Positions 37,531 to 48,538 of a DNA stretch of 64,000 bases are shown here, piece by piece. The DNA comes from Parcubacteria group bacterium. GTDB taxonomy: Bacteria; Patescibacteriota; Minisyncoccia; Moranbacterales; GCA-2747515. A program made the translations under genes and the position numbers. The stretch lies in contig JBAZXC010000001.1 of the NCBI GenBank assembly GCA_041660065.1, positions 72,535 to 136,534 of the forward strand, written 5' to 3'. The notes under the pieces were generated by a model. That model was not told the origin of the DNA and did not search any database. It saw nothing but the letters and a program-made list of their open reading frames with translations. Each line of letters starts with the position of its first letter. The stretch's first letter is position 1.

Positions 37531-37983
37531 ATGTTGCTACGCAAACAAATCCTTGAAGATCTCAAAACTGCGATGAAAAATGGAGAAACCGATATTCGTG
37601 ATACATTGCGCGTTATCGATAGTATGATCAAAAATGAAGAAATCGCACAAAAGAAACGAGAGGATGGTTTGGATGATGCAAATACGATTGCGATTGTAAA
37701 GCGTGCAATCAAGCAAAGAAAAGATAGTGCGCAACAATTCCGCCAAGGTGGCAGAGAGGATCTTGCGCAAAAAGAAGAACGCGAGATCGCGATCGTTGAA
37801 AAATATTTGCCACTGCAGATGGGTGAAGAAGAGGTGCGTGTAGTCGTCAAGAAGATCATTGAAACCGTTGGTGCGTCTTCAAAGGCCGATATGGGTAAAG
37901 TGATGGGGCCAGTGATGAAAGAAATTGGCGATACGGCAGATGGTGCTGTCGTGCGAACAATCGTGGAAGAATTTTTGTCATAA
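37531..37983 (+). CDS. yqeY: GatB/YqeY domain protein
   Basis: 'DLKTAMK', 'KQRKDS...F..GGREDL', 'DMGKVMG', 'ADG'. Confidence 0.92.
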   Translation: MLLRKQILEDLKTAMKNGETDIRDTLRVIDSMIKNEEIAQKKREDGLDDANTIAIVKRAIKQRKDSAQQFRQGGREDLAQKEEREIAIVEKYLPLQMGEEEVRVVVKKIIETVGASSKADMGKVMGPVMKEIGDTADGAVVRTIVEEFLS

Positions 37984-37997
37984 GCAGCAGTTGTTTT

Positions 37998-38465
37998 ATG
38001 GGAATCAAAGTCGAACTTAACGCTGGTGAATATACACGTTGCTATAGTCGGAAATTATTGCAATGCATTGCACGTAAGACGGTTGATGCATCACAGAAAG
38101 TGAATAGCAAACTCAAAAATATCACTATTAGTGTTGCAATTGTAGATGAAGATGAAATTCAGCGTGTCAATAGAGAATTTCGTGGTAAAGATCGTGTAAC
38201 GGACGTGATTTCTGTCGGAGATTATAGCGATGATCGTGATATAACATCAGAAAGGGAAAAAGAGATTTTTCTCGGGGAGGTGATTTTGTGCTATAATTAC
38301 ATTATTAGATCTGCGCAAGAGAACGGTGTTTCTGCAGATGAGGAGTTTTTTTCTGTCTATACACATGGTATACTACATTTACTCGGTTTTGTGCATGGAA
38401 AAAAGATGTTTCTATTGCAGGATGCGATTGTGGGAGATGTTAACTCATGTTTAGTGTCTTTATGA
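37998..38465 (+). CDS. ybeY: rRNA maturation endoribonuclease YbeY
   Basis: 'NREFRGKDRVTDVIS', 'LGEV', 'HGILHLLGFVH'. Confidence 0.9.
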   Translation: MGIKVELNAGEYTRCYSRKLLQCIARKTVDASQKVNSKLKNITISVAIVDEDEIQRVNREFRGKDRVTDVISVGDYSDDRDITSEREKEIFLGEVILCYNYIIRSAQENGVSADEEFFSVYTHGILHLLGFVHGKKMFLLQDAIVGDVNSCLVSL

Positions 38466-38827
38466 AAGGATATACAATTGTAGGGAGTATAAAAGCCGCT
38501 ATGCGAGGATTGATTTATGCCTTTCAACGTGAAAGGAATTTCCGTGTAGAAACATATGTTGCTGTGGTTATTATTGGTGCGCTTTTTGGCTTGCATGCGT
38601 CATTGATACATTCAACAATTATTGTCACAATGATTTTTTTGGTTTTTATGATAGAATTGATGAATACTGCTATCGAGCGTGTTGTGGATATTTTAAAACC
38701 GCAGAAACATCCATATGCGGGTGTAATTAAAGACGTGTCAGCTGCCTCCGTGCTTGTTCTCAGTATTGGTGCAAGTATCGTTGGCGTTATGATCTTTGTG
38801 CCACTGATTATTGCGGCAATAAAGTAA
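38462..38827 (+). CDS. dgkA: Diacylglycerol/undecaprenol kinase family
   Basis: 'ERNFR', 'ELMNTAIERVVD', 'KDVSAA'. Confidence 0.9.
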   Translation: MKGYTIVGSIKAAMRGLIYAFQRERNFRVETYVAVVIIGALFGLHASLIHSTIIVTMIFLVFMIELMNTAIERVVDILKPQKHPYAGVIKDVSAASVLVLSIGASIVGVMIFVPLIIAAIK

Positions 38828-38839
38828 AAAAACAGTATT

Positions 38840-40093
38840 ATGAAAACAAACATCATTACAAGTATTGATCTCGGATCATCAACAGTGCGATGTGTCGTTG
38901 CGGATGTGTCGCAGGATGATGGACAGGTGCGTGTCTTGGGTGCCGGTATTGTGCCATCTGCCGGTATGCGACGAGGTGCAGTTGTAGACATCAATGATGC
39001 AGCGGATGCAATTGCTTCTGCAGTGGAAAAAGCAGAGCAGATGAGTGGAGAAAAAGTGAGAAATGCTATTGTGAGCATTGGTGGTGTTGGTATTATCGTT
39101 AAGGAAACACAAGGCGTCATCGCAATTGGACGTGCTGATGGAGAAGTGAATGAGGATGATGTTGTCCGTGTGATCGATGCTGCACAAGCGATTTCTATCC
39201 CAACAAACAATGAGATCATCCACGTCATTCCCCGATCTTTCCGTCTTGATGATCAGAGAGACATAAAAGACCCTGTAGGATTGAGGGGCGTGCGTTTGGA
39301 AGTTGATGCGGTAATTGTGGAAGCGCCTGGCAATCATGTAAAAAATCTTACAAGCGCAATGGAGCGTGCGGCTGTCGGCGTGGAGGACTTTATCATTGAG
39401 CCGCTTGCAGCTGCTGAAGCGACGTTGACAAAAAAACAAAAGGAGCTTGGCGTTGTCATGATCAACTTGGGAGCGAGCACGACATCACTCGCTGTATACG
39501 AGGAGGGAGAGTTGATTCACACATCAGTTTTGCCCGTTGGGTCTGATTTTATTACACATGATATTGCTATTGGATTGCGCACAGAAATTGATATTGCTGA
39601 AAGGGTGAAATTTGAGTTTGGGAGTGCTGACATCAATAGTGTTGACAAAAAGAGTATGATCGATCTCTCGCATTTTGATGATCGGGAGAAAGATCTGGTG
39701 TACCATCAACATGTTCTAGAGATCATCCAAGCACGTCTTGATGAAATTTTTGATCTTGTCGTGAAAGAATTGGAAAAAATTGGCAAAGACCAGTTGCTTC
39801 CGGCGGGCGCGGTACTGACAGGTGGGGGAGCGCACTTGCCGCATATCGTTGACTTCGCAAAAGAAAAATTACGGTTACCCGTATCAATTGGGCAGCCGGC
39901 ACATTTACTTGGTGTCGTGGATCATGTAGATGATTCATCGTACGCGACAGTCGTAGGCCTTTTATTGTGGGCTTTGCATGAAGGAAATCATGGTGGCTCA
40001 CATTTTGGAACAGGCGCAATCAGTTCACTTGGCGGAAAAATCAACGACATGTCGGCGAAATTGCGTAGCACTTTTGGCAAATTTTTGCCATAA
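38840..40093 (+). CDS. ftsA: Cell division protein FtsA
   Basis: 'IDLGSS', 'GMRRG', 'ITHDIA', 'AERVK', 'VLTGGG'. Confidence 0.95.
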   Translation: MKTNIITSIDLGSSTVRCVVADVSQDDGQVRVLGAGIVPSAGMRRGAVVDINDAADAIASAVEKAEQMSGEKVRNAIVSIGGVGIIVKETQGVIAIGRADGEVNEDDVVRVIDAAQAISIPTNNEIIHVIPRSFRLDDQRDIKDPVGLRGVRLEVDAVIVEAPGNHVKNLTSAMERAAVGVEDFIIEPLAAAEATLTKKQKELGVVMINLGASTTSLAVYEEGELIHTSVLPVGSDFITHDIAIGLRTEIDIAERVKFEFGSADINSVDKKSMIDLSHFDDREKDLVYHQHVLEIIQARLDEIFDLVVKELEKIGKDQLLPAGAVLTGGGAHLPHIVDFAKEKLRLPVSIGQPAHLLGVVDHVDDSSYATVVGLLLWALHEGNHGGSHFGTGAISSLGGKINDMSAKLRSTFGKFLP

Positions 40094-40208
40094 TGTACAA
40101 GCTGTGTATATTGTTCATATTGACAGTAGTCTTACACGCATGGTACAGTGAAAAACTGTAGGATATAGTTAATTTTTTGTGGACTTTCTAACTACTATAA
40201 TTAATGTT

Positions 40209-41585
40209 ATGGCGGAAGTAAAAACGGATATAGAAACATTTTCACGAATTAAGGTGATTGGTGTCGGTGGAGGTGGTGGAAACGCGATCACGCGCATGAT
40301 TGATGCAAATCTTAAGGGTGTGGAGTTTGTTGCGATCAATACCGATACACAAGCATTGCATCACTCTCGTGCGGAAGAAAAGGTGCATATCGGCAAGAGT
40401 CTTACAAAGGGATTGGGTGCCGGAATGAATCCTGAAGTTGGAAGACAGGCTGCAGAAGAAAGTCGAGAAGAAATTCAAAATGTGCTCAAGGGTGCAGATA
40501 TGGTTTTCGTGACGTGTGGCCTTGGTGGTGGCACAGGAACAGGTGCGGCACCAGTGGTTGCGGAAACGGCAAAAGAACTTGGTATTCTTACTGTTGCAGT
40601 TGTGACAAAACCATTTTCTTTCGAAGGGTCGCGCAGACGGGCGATTGCAGAAGAAGGTCTTGCTGCGTTGAAAAAAAGAGTTGATACGATCATCACAATT
40701 CAAAATGACAAGATTCTCTCGATCATCGATAAGAAGACAAGTCTCGTGAATTCTTTCCGTATTGTTGATGATGTTTTGCGACAAGGTGTGCAGGGGATCT
40801 CGGATATTATTTGCAATAGTAGTTCGGAAAGCGTTAATGTGGATTTTAAAGATGTGGAGACAACGATGTCAAATAGCGGAGATGCCCTTATGGGTATTGG
40901 GATTGCTACGGGAGAAAATCGTGCTTCTGAAGCAGCAAGAGCTGCTGTGAACAGCCCTTTGCTTGACCTCTCAATTGATGGAGCAAAGCGCGTGCTTTTC
41001 AACATCACAGGAAGTAGTGATATCACAATGTTTGAGGTTGAAGAAGCATCAAACGTTATCACAGAATCAGTGGATCCTGATGCGCGTATCATTTTTGGTA
41101 CGGTTATTGATGATAATTTACCAAAGGGTGAGATACAAATCACTGTCGTGGCTACAGGTTTTGACGATGATGATGGATTTCAAGAAGATGCGGAGATAAA
41201 AAAGAAAGAAGATGTGGCAAGTACTAGAACTCGTGGTTTTGGCGTTACTGGTCGTGCTGCTGTTGCGGCGGGTAATGAAGAATACGATGGGTCATATGAG
41301 ACAAAAGGGGACTATGATCAGGAGTCTCGCTATAGGGAGCCTGTACGAGCCTCATTCAATGGCACAAGACGAGGCGTTGGGAGCGTCAATAGTGATATGC
41401 GGTCCAAGATAACGAATGATATCGATATTGCGTCACAAAATTCCATGAAGCCAAAGATGATCATTGAGGAACCGATCAATATATCGCCACGTGCAATGAC
41501 GCCTTCTATAAAAAACATTATTGCAGAGGATGACACGGATTTTGACATACCAGCATTTATCAGAAAAAAAATGAAAAAAAATTAA
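40209..41585 (+). CDS. ftsZ: Cell division protein FtsZ
   Basis: 'GGGGGNA', 'GGGTGTG', 'NVDFKD'; C-terminal 'DIPAFIRK'. Confidence 0.97.
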   Translation: MAEVKTDIETFSRIKVIGVGGGGGNAITRMIDANLKGVEFVAINTDTQALHHSRAEEKVHIGKSLTKGLGAGMNPEVGRQAAEESREEIQNVLKGADMVFVTCGLGGGTGTGAAPVVAETAKELGILTVAVVTKPFSFEGSRRRAIAEEGLAALKKRVDTIITIQNDKILSIIDKKTSLVNSFRIVDDVLRQGVQGISDIICNSSSESVNVDFKDVETTMSNSGDALMGIGIATGENRASEAARAAVNSPLLDLSIDGAKRVLFNITGSSDITMFEVEEASNVITESVDPDARIIFGTVIDDNLPKGEIQITVVATGFDDDDGFQEDAEIKKKEDVASTRTRGFGVTGRAAVAAGNEEYDGSYETKGDYDQESRYREPVRASFNGTRRGVGSVNSDMRSKITNDIDIASQNSMKPKMIIEEPINISPRAMTPSIKNIIAEDDTDFDIPAFIRKKMKKN

Positions 41586-41596
41586 TGATCTTTTTT

Positions 41597-41728
41597 ACAC
41601 TCGCAATACCAGCGAGTGTTTTTTATTTAGCTTTTTTTAACATGTTGACACAAGCATTAATCTTTTTGGAAGGTGAAAAAACTCTTAAAATGCACAAAAC
41701 CTCCGGATCGCTGCCGGAGGTTTTGTGT
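41597..41728. terminator. Two terminator hairpins between convergent genes
   Basis: ACACTCGC/GCGAGTGT plus U tract; CACAAAACCTCCGG/CCGGAGGTTTTGTG. Confidence 0.65.
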
Positions 41729-41776
41729 TAAGAAGGTACGCATGATATTTTAGATATGCATTTTTTGTAAAATCGG

Positions 41777-42508
41777 CTATAAACCGGTCACATGTTGTGC
41801 ATATGTGTTGAGATGCTCAAGTTGTCTATCGTTGAGCGTTCGCGCTTTCATGATCGCATCGTTGATTGATGTATTGGAGAATGAAAGGGATGTTTCAGGA
41901 TGAATTCTCTGGGTCGTTTGTATGCGACGCAAGTAGTCTTCGATATAGATTTTGTGCGCAGGGGTGAGGTCGGTAATATTGTTTTGTGCAATATGTTGTG
42001 CGACAGCCTTGCGCGCAAGTGTCGTTACGCTATCTCCTGGTACTGCTGTAACCGTAATAACACCATCTTTGCTTTGGGATTCAATGACTTCTTGCACGAC
42101 ATCTTTTGCTGATTTCTTTTCTGGTTCTTGTGATGTCGCTGGTTCCTCAGTGCTTTGTTGCTCCGCGGCAATTTCATTTTTTGTTGTTTCTTGCGCATCA
42201 GGTATGACTGCGGCGGAATTTTCTTCCTGCACTGGCGTGTCCTTGCCTACGGACATGGCGGTTGTATCGCTGGTAGATTTTTGTTTTTCTTCATCCTTTA
42301 TTTCATCAATGATCTCATTGACCTCACTATTTTTTTCCGTACCTATGGCAACGTCTTTTAGCTGAGAGTCGTCAATTACAACATTGGAATGAGAATTTCT
42401 TTTTGAATAAGAATAAATTGCAAAAACCAATAGTATTACAATGCCGATACTTATGATAATGCGGAGATTGTCTTGAATCCAGTGGGACATATTGTTATCT
42501 TCAGTCAT
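41777..42508 (-). CDS. Membrane-anchored hypothetical protein with a LysM-like C-terminal region
   Basis: TM helix, low-complexity linker, 'AVPGDSVTTLARKA...IYIEDYL'; SD-like AGAAAGGATGGTG. Confidence 0.65.
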   Translation of the reverse strand: MTEDNNMSHWIQDNLRIIISIGIVILLVFAIYSYSKRNSHSNVVIDDSQLKDVAIGTEKNSEVNEIIDEIKDEEKQKSTSDTTAMSVGKDTPVQEENSAAVIPDAQETTKNEIAAEQQSTEEPATSQEPEKKSAKDVVQEVIESQSKDGVITVTAVPGDSVTTLARKAVAQHIAQNNITDLTPAHKIYIEDYLRRIQTTQRIHPETSLSFSNTSINDAIMKARTLNDRQLEHLNTYAQHVTGL

Positions 42509-42691
42509 TGGATATAACACCATCCTTTCTAGTTTTAAATTGTTAAATAGCTTGCGTTGAAGCCGTCCGCCATAGGCGGACAACGAAATTCTTTATTAAT
42601 TGTACAGTCATTATCAGTAGCGTCAACATAGACAAACAGTAGTTAATTTGGTCTAATAAGGAGATGGTAACATAGTGATAATTATTCGTTT

Positions 42692-43180
42692 ATGTCAATA
42701 TCTGCGATTTTGCTGTTTATTATGGTCGTTGTGTTTTTTATTGTGGGTCTTTTGGGTATTTTTCTTCCGGTTATTCCAAGTTTGCCTGTGGTGTGGTGTG
42801 GTATTTTTTTCTATGGTGTTTTGACGAATTTTTCTGAGGTGACGATCACGGTCGTAGTTATTACGGGTGCGCTTATGATCATTGGAACCGTATGTGATCT
42901 TTTTGTCGGTTCATTTGGTGCAAAAAAATATGGAGCGAGTTGGGCAGGAATCTGTGGTTCATTTTTTGGTGGCATGATTGGTGCGATTATTTTTAATATT
43001 GGTGGATTTATTATTGGAACTTTCGTTGGTGCATTTGTCGGTGAATTTATTTTTTATAAAAAGACGCATGCGGCATTGAAAGCAGGTGCGGGAACGATCG
43101 TGGGATTTCTCTTTGGCATTGCGATAAAAATATTTATTGCGTTCGTCATGTTCGGTATTTTTATTTTTGCCCTTTTCTAA
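42692..43180 (+). CDS. DUF456 (YqgC-like) membrane protein
   Basis: 'FLPVIPS', 'GAKKYGAS', 'GAFVGE'. Confidence 0.85.
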   Translation: MSISAILLFIMVVVFFIVGLLGIFLPVIPSLPVVWCGIFFYGVLTNFSEVTITVVVITGALMIIGTVCDLFVGSFGAKKYGASWAGICGSFFGGMIGAIIFNIGGFIIGTFVGAFVGEFIFYKKTHAALKAGAGTIVGFLFGIAIKIFIAFVMFGIFIFALF

Positions 43181-43308
43181 TTTGCAAACTATTGATATAA
43201 TAAAATAAGTTTGATATAATATTAATATAAAACAAAATTATTTTTTAAATAAAAAATAATTTGTGTGTAAATAGAAAATAAAAATAGAAAGGAAGGTGAC
43301 ATTATTTT

Positions 43309-43440
43309 ATGGCAGCAAAGAAAAAAGCAACAAAGAAAAAAGTTGCAAAGAAAGCAACAAAGAAAAAAGTTGTAAAGAAAGCAACAAAGAAAAAAGCAGT
43401 AAAGAAAGCAACAAAGAAAAAAGCAGCAAAGAAGAAATAG
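43309..43440 (+). CDS. 43-aa Lys/Ala-rich histone H1-like protein (not in the ORF track)
   Basis: MAAKKKATKKKVAKKATKKKVVKKATKKKAVKKATKKKAAKKK*; SD AGAAAGGAAGGTGA; terminator downstream. Confidence 0.8.
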   Translation: MAAKKKATKKKVAKKATKKKVVKKATKKKAVKKATKKKAAKKK

Positions 43441-43473
43441 TGTTTTCCTCAACTGTTTATATCTGAAATATTT

Positions 43474-43512
43474 AAACCAGAAACCCCGGCAATGTCCGGG
43501 TTTTTGGTTTTT
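43474..43512 (+). terminator. Intrinsic terminator
   Basis: AAACCAGAAACCCCGG/CCGGGTTTTTGGTTT. Confidence 0.7.
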
Positions 43513-43578
43513 GGTGAAATTGCACGAGATGAAGCAAGGATCTTAGGTGGACTATACGGTGCATTTATATGAGAAGCT

Positions 43579-44475
43579 CTATATGCGAGCAGAAAATAGG
43601 CGAGTCTTTCCAGTCAGATCGCAAAAAAACGTCATGTCTTTTTTTGTGCAGTTGTTTTTGTGCATAAACTCTGTGAGGACATCTTTTTGCTTAGGGTCGA
43701 TTTCATAAAAAAGTAAGAATGTCTTTTGGGGATTATTCTTTTTTAGAGATAGGATCTGTCTTGTAAGTTTTTTGTAATAGGCTAGTCCACCATCATCTGC
43801 CCATAAGGCAATTGACGGTTCGTACTGCAGTGCAAAAGATTCTTTTTTTGTCATGAGGGTAGATTTTTCTTCTATGTCTACATAGGGAAGATTTGCGATG
43901 ATGATTATTTGTGTATAATGTGATGCGGATAGCAAGTCACGCAAACAATTATTATGAAGAAGGTCAGACACGTAAAAGCGGATGCAATCATCAACTGAAT
44001 GACGTGTGGCATTTCTTTTTGCAACTGTGAGCGTTTTTGGCGATATATCGGTTGCGATCATATCCAGGTGCTTCTGTGAGGGCAATAATTCTTTGGCGAG
44101 TGTGATCGCGATTATGCCACTACCAGTTCCAATATCAATAATTGCGGTATCTGAGAAATTTGTGGAATGTAGTTGCTTGATCACATCAATGATGAGCTCT
44201 GTCTCCGGGCGAGGTATGAGCGTGTCAGGTGTTACAAAAAAAGAGCGGTTGTAAAACTCTTTTTCTCCGGTGATATAGGCAAGGGGAGTATGTTGGGCTC
44301 TTTTTTTTAGGGCGACAATGATTTCTTGTTGTACGTGCGGAGTAATGATGTCGGTATTGTGTGCAAGGACAAAATTGCGATCTTTCTTTAAAACAAAGGC
44401 AATAATCAATTCAATGTCAATGCGATCAAGTATTTCTTGCCAATCATGGATGATGTCTTCTATTGTTTGTAGCAT
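43579..44475 (-). CDS. prmC: Release factor glutamine methyltransferase
   Basis: 'PLAYITG.KEFY', 'LIPRPETE', 'DIGTGSG', 'ANLPY', 'EP..AL'. Confidence 0.92.
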   Translation of the reverse strand: MLQTIEDIIHDWQEILDRIDIELIIAFVLKKDRNFVLAHNTDIITPHVQQEIIVALKKRAQHTPLAYITGEKEFYNRSFFVTPDTLIPRPETELIIDVIKQLHSTNFSDTAIIDIGTGSGIIAITLAKELLPSQKHLDMIATDISPKTLTVAKRNATRHSVDDCIRFYVSDLLHNNCLRDLLSASHYTQIIIIANLPYVDIEEKSTLMTKKESFALQYEPSIALWADDGGLAYYKKLTRQILSLKKNNPQKTFLLFYEIDPKQKDVLTEFMHKNNCTKKDMTFFCDLTGKTRLFSARI

Positions 44476-44613
44476 GATTTTATAGGGTTATGGGTAAAAT
44501 TGACAAAAATAGGGACTTTTGATACAATGGGCAGTCATGTAATAATTGACGATTCAGTTGGTTGCTTCTTGTTGATTTTTGCGTATTTTTGTTTTATATG
44601 AAACGATAGTGAT

Positions 44614-45540
44614 ATGATCAGATTATATACAGTATTGATGTTTGTAGCAATTCTTGGCATGGGTGCATATGCAGTTTTTGTTGTGTTGCAACCGCAATAT
44701 GTTTCACACACCTCTTTTATTATTACACAAAAAGATCATGCGATACAATTTACACAGATGGATCGTGTCGTAAATGATATTGTGTTTATTGCGCAGGAGT
44801 CCATATATGATAATTCTGTCGTCAAACAATATAATGCACGTGTGAACATTGCGTCTGCGGGCGACGCGAATGTCATTTTGATCGATGTATATGCAAAAGA
44901 TCCGCGTGTAATAAAAAACGTGGAAAAAAATGTTTTTGAGGAAATGACAAAAAGTGTTCGTATGTATTATACAGAGGATGCGGTGTCGATGCGTACACTG
45001 CACCATGATCGTATGCCACAACATACGAGATTTTCACGCTTCTTTACATATGGGATTATGGTGGTCATTGTTGCTGGCATAGTTGCCGGTGTGCGTGTAT
45101 TATATTACTATATTGATCAGACGCGTGATAAGCGTGTGCGTGTGACATCACTTGACGGTAAAAAAATTTTTGAGAAGTTCCATTTCAATCCTGTGATGGA
45201 AAAACATGAGGAAGATGCGCAACCTAAAGCGCAAAAGGATAAAGAAGAGGAAATTATCATAAGTGAAAGCGATCACAAAATAGACCAGCAATCAAAAGAA
45301 GAGACAAAAAAAGAACAATCACTTGCATATACAGAAGCGAAAGATGTGCGTACAATGAATGTGGCGACAATCCCGGGGGGATTAGCTGCAACTCCGGGCA
45401 ACCTTCCGGTAGTTGATGTTGGTGCGTTAGGTTTTGTGACGACACAATCGCGCATAAATGAAAGCGCAGTTGAAACAAATGAACCGACAGAAGATGAATT
45501 GAAGGCACGACTCAATGATTTATTGCGAGGTAAATTATAA
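44614..45540 (+). CDS. Hypothetical protein with Wzz-like two-TM topology
   Basis: TM, extracellular domain, TM, acidic tail. Confidence 0.5.
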   Translation: MIRLYTVLMFVAILGMGAYAVFVVLQPQYVSHTSFIITQKDHAIQFTQMDRVVNDIVFIAQESIYDNSVVKQYNARVNIASAGDANVILIDVYAKDPRVIKNVEKNVFEEMTKSVRMYYTEDAVSMRTLHHDRMPQHTRFSRFFTYGIMVVIVAGIVAGVRVLYYYIDQTRDKRVRVTSLDGKKIFEKFHFNPVMEKHEEDAQPKAQKDKEEEIIISESDHKIDQQSKEETKKEQSLAYTEAKDVRTMNVATIPGGLAATPGNLPVVDVGALGFVTTQSRINESAVETNEPTEDELKARLNDLLRGKL

Positions 45541-45544
45541 AAAT

Positions 45545-46921
45545 ATGATGCAAAAAAAATTAGTGAAAAATGTGATATTTTTTGTACTTGTGGCTGTGAT
45601 CATTGCGATGATCATCTTGTTTTTTTCTCTAAAAAATAATCCACAAAAATTGGTTAACATTGCATATACAACATCAAAAATTTTACCACTTGGAGATCGA
45701 TATAATACAGCTGTAGCATTGGCACACTATATTTTACAAAACGACGATCAAGAACGAACGTTCTTGATTCTTTTGCAAAATAATATGGAATTGCGTCCCG
45801 GTGGCGGATATATCGGCTCATTTGCCATTGTGACGGTTAAAAATGGCGCTGTGGTCAAGAGTGCGGTGCATGATACGGCAAATTTTGACGGGAGGATCCC
45901 TGATGCTCTGGAGCCGCCATATCCGATGAAAGAAACGATGCATATTCCATCATGGAAACTGCGCGATAGTAATTGGATGCCTGATTTTCCAACAAATGCA
46001 CGTGTTGCAGAAAATTTTTATACATTGGGCGGCGGTACGGAAAAATTTGATGGTGTGATTGCTGTCAATGCGACAATTCTTGACATGATTCTCGATGTTA
46101 CCGGTCCGATTACGCTTGATGATTATCCGCATACGTTTAAAAGTGGCGATGCAATCATGACGTTGGAATATCAAGTTGAGAAAGGATATAAGGAGCAAGA
46201 TATTGAAAAAGGTGATCGCAAGGTTATCATGGATGCATTGATGAAAGAAATTGTGCGTCGTGTTGCGGATGTCTCTGTACAAGAAAAGATTGGTTTGGTA
46301 AATATGTTCGTCCAATCGTTTGATAATAAAGACATACAAGTGTATCTCGATGATGAAAAAATGGCGCAGATGATCAGCGCAGTCAATTGGCAGGGATCTG
46401 TTGACGCAACATGGGATAAAGATTATTTGATGGTTGTTGATGCGAATCTGGCATCATATAAAACGGATCATGTTGTAAAGCGCAGTGTGGATTATGATAT
46501 TGATCTTTCTGGTACGATTCCCCAAGCAGTGCTCACTGTTCATTATGAAAATACTGCAACACAAAAGGATTGGAAGACATACGATTATCAAACATATCTC
46601 AGGATATACACGCCAGAAGATACATGGTTTACAGAAGTACCACAATGCGTATTACCACCGCAATATGGATCAAAATATGGCAAACGATATGTAGGTTGTC
46701 TCGTGCAGGTGCCACTTGGGACAGAAAAAGATGTGGTTGTGCGATATAATTTGCCGATTGATATGAAGAATAAATATCCATATGATCTTAAAATTCAAAA
46801 ACAATCCGGCGTACATGATGTGCCGGTTGCTGTCCACGTACATAATCCTGGATCAACGGTAGCAGATGAATATTCGTTTGTGATGGACATGGATACTACA
46901 CTGTCTGAATTGAAGAAATAA
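45545..46921 (+). CDS. DUF4012 domain protein
   Basis: 'LLQNNMELRPGGGYIGS', 'RDSNWMPDFP', 'DGVIAV', 'YLRIYTP', 'QKQSG'. Confidence 0.85.
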   Translation: MMQKKLVKNVIFFVLVAVIIAMIILFFSLKNNPQKLVNIAYTTSKILPLGDRYNTAVALAHYILQNDDQERTFLILLQNNMELRPGGGYIGSFAIVTVKNGAVVKSAVHDTANFDGRIPDALEPPYPMKETMHIPSWKLRDSNWMPDFPTNARVAENFYTLGGGTEKFDGVIAVNATILDMILDVTGPITLDDYPHTFKSGDAIMTLEYQVEKGYKEQDIEKGDRKVIMDALMKEIVRRVADVSVQEKIGLVNMFVQSFDNKDIQVYLDDEKMAQMISAVNWQGSVDATWDKDYLMVVDANLASYKTDHVVKRSVDYDIDLSGTIPQAVLTVHYENTATQKDWKTYDYQTYLRIYTPEDTWFTEVPQCVLPPQYGSKYGKRYVGCLVQVPLGTEKDVVVRYNLPIDMKNKYPYDLKIQKQSGVHDVPVAVHVHNPGSTVADEYSFVMDMDTTLSELKK

Positions 46922-47033
46922 CAGTGGAATGAATATTGTGGACAAGAAAAACACGTGTTTATAGCACGTGTTTTTTGTGGTATAGTGATACGTGGGAAAT
47001 GAGTATTTATAATATACACTAATTTATATCATT

Positions 47034-47540
47034 ATGAATAGATTTGAAGGTGGTATACAAGATGTGGCACATAAGAAAGTAGAAAATGGTTTCGATCCCG
47101 ATAAAACAATTCGGATAGAACCTATGGAAAACGACAAAGATGAATTGTCACAGCAACTCCGTGAATTAGAAAATTGGAAAAAAGGGATTATTGATGTACG
47201 AGATCGTCGTCATTCAGATGATGATACAATTCTAAAAAAAATTGATGAAAAGATTGCACAAATAAAACTTGAAAAGGAAAAGAGAAGAATATTCAATATC
47301 ATTGATAATGTTGGCGGAGCATATTCTCCGCCAGATGATCGTGAGATCTCTGCAGAAGAAATGAAAAAAACTATTGAAACCGTTTTGATTACTCATATGA
47401 TCGATGATGATCCGAGATCATCGAACTATATTCCAGAATCGCCGATTTATGGTACAAGAAAAAATTTACGTGACAAGGTGCGAGAACTATTGGATATTGC
47501 ACCGAAAAAACCAGATATCAAAAAAGATTTCATGATATAA
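47034..47540 (+). CDS. Hypothetical protein
   Basis: Long charged ORF in an otherwise empty interval. Confidence 0.6.
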   Translation: MNRFEGGIQDVAHKKVENGFDPDKTIRIEPMENDKDELSQQLRELENWKKGIIDVRDRRHSDDDTILKKIDEKIAQIKLEKEKRRIFNIIDNVGGAYSPPDDREISAEEMKKTIETVLITHMIDDDPRSSNYIPESPIYGTRKNLRDKVRELLDIAPKKPDIKKDFMI

Positions 47541-47719
47541 CAGGGAGTATTCGAGTGGAAAAACAAATATACACACCCGCGTGGTCTTTTTTGTCACTAC
47601 ATATGGAAATCTTGCAAAAATCGAGAAAACCTGATATACTGATTATATTGAATTCTTCACATCGGGGATGTGGCGGTTTCTGTTGTTTATAGGGTATAAT
47701 CTGTTTTACAAATGATTCT

Positions 47720-47917
47720 ATGGCTGTTCCAAAGCAAAGACATAATGTTTCGCGTCGCGAGCGACGGCGCAAACACAATATTTCAAAAATTGCAGTAAGC
47801 ACAACGCAAAAATGTGCTTCATGTGGCGAGGAGAAGTTGCCACATCGTGTATGTGTTTCGTGTGGCATGTATCGTGGGACACAATACAAAGAAGTGGTGA
47901 AAAAAGTGAGTGCATAA
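47720..47917 (+). CDS. rpmF: 50S ribosomal protein bL32
   Basis: 'MAVPK', CxxC...'[13 protein letters not shown]'. Confidence 0.95.
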   Translation: MAVPKQRHNVSRRERRRKHNISKIAVSTTQKCASCGEEKLPHRVCVSCGMYRGTQYKEVVKKVSA

Positions 47918-47957
47918 AGGACGAGCGTATATTTTAAAATACAAAAGTAACATTATT

Positions 47958-48446
47958 ATGGCAAATCGACATCTCCAACGTTCAATCGCAATGCAAAGTC
48001 TTTTTGAATGGGATTTTCGCGGACAAGAAGATGATCGTGTTGTTATGATCGTGACACATAATTGTGCGGAGTTTGCACCCGGTGCGGACAATTTTGCTTT
48101 TGTAAATGCTCTTGTTTCCGGTACTGTGGAAAAAATTGATGATATTGATCCACTGATCTCCAAGTGTGCGCCAGAGTGGCCACTTGAGCAGATTGCTACA
48201 GTAGATCGAAATATTCTTCGTTTAGGCACGTATGAATTGCTCTTTGGTAATTATGATGAAACTCCGCCAAAAGTTGCGATCAATGAGGCTATTGAGCTTG
48301 CAAAGACCTACGGTGGCGATAGTAGTGCACGTTTTGTTAATGGTGTTTTAGGTACGATCTATCGTGAAATGGGTGAGCCAATGAAGGATGATGATGCATC
48401 AAAGGCCAAGCAACGTCGAGTGAAAACAAAAGAAAAAACAACATAA
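47958..48446 (+). CDS. nusB: Transcription antitermination factor NusB
   Basis: 'DRNILRL', '[15 protein letters not shown]', 'FVNGVL'. Confidence 0.95.
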   Translation: MANRHLQRSIAMQSLFEWDFRGQEDDRVVMIVTHNCAEFAPGADNFAFVNALVSGTVEKIDDIDPLISKCAPEWPLEQIATVDRNILRLGTYELLFGNYDETPPKVAINEAIELAKTYGGDSSARFVNGVLGTIYREMGEPMKDDDASKAKQRRVKTKEKTT

Positions 48447-48538
48447 GAATTTTTATAAGTAATTCAAAGCATGTTCAATGTGTTTTCATGTCAGTAAATG
48501 ATTACTGATTTACATACATAGGACATTCTTTACGTGGC

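Noticed and set aside
43222-43452. Cys/Phe-rich repetitive 76-aa ORF on the minus strand
   Set aside because: It is the antisense shadow of the Lys-rich gene, which has the SD and terminator.
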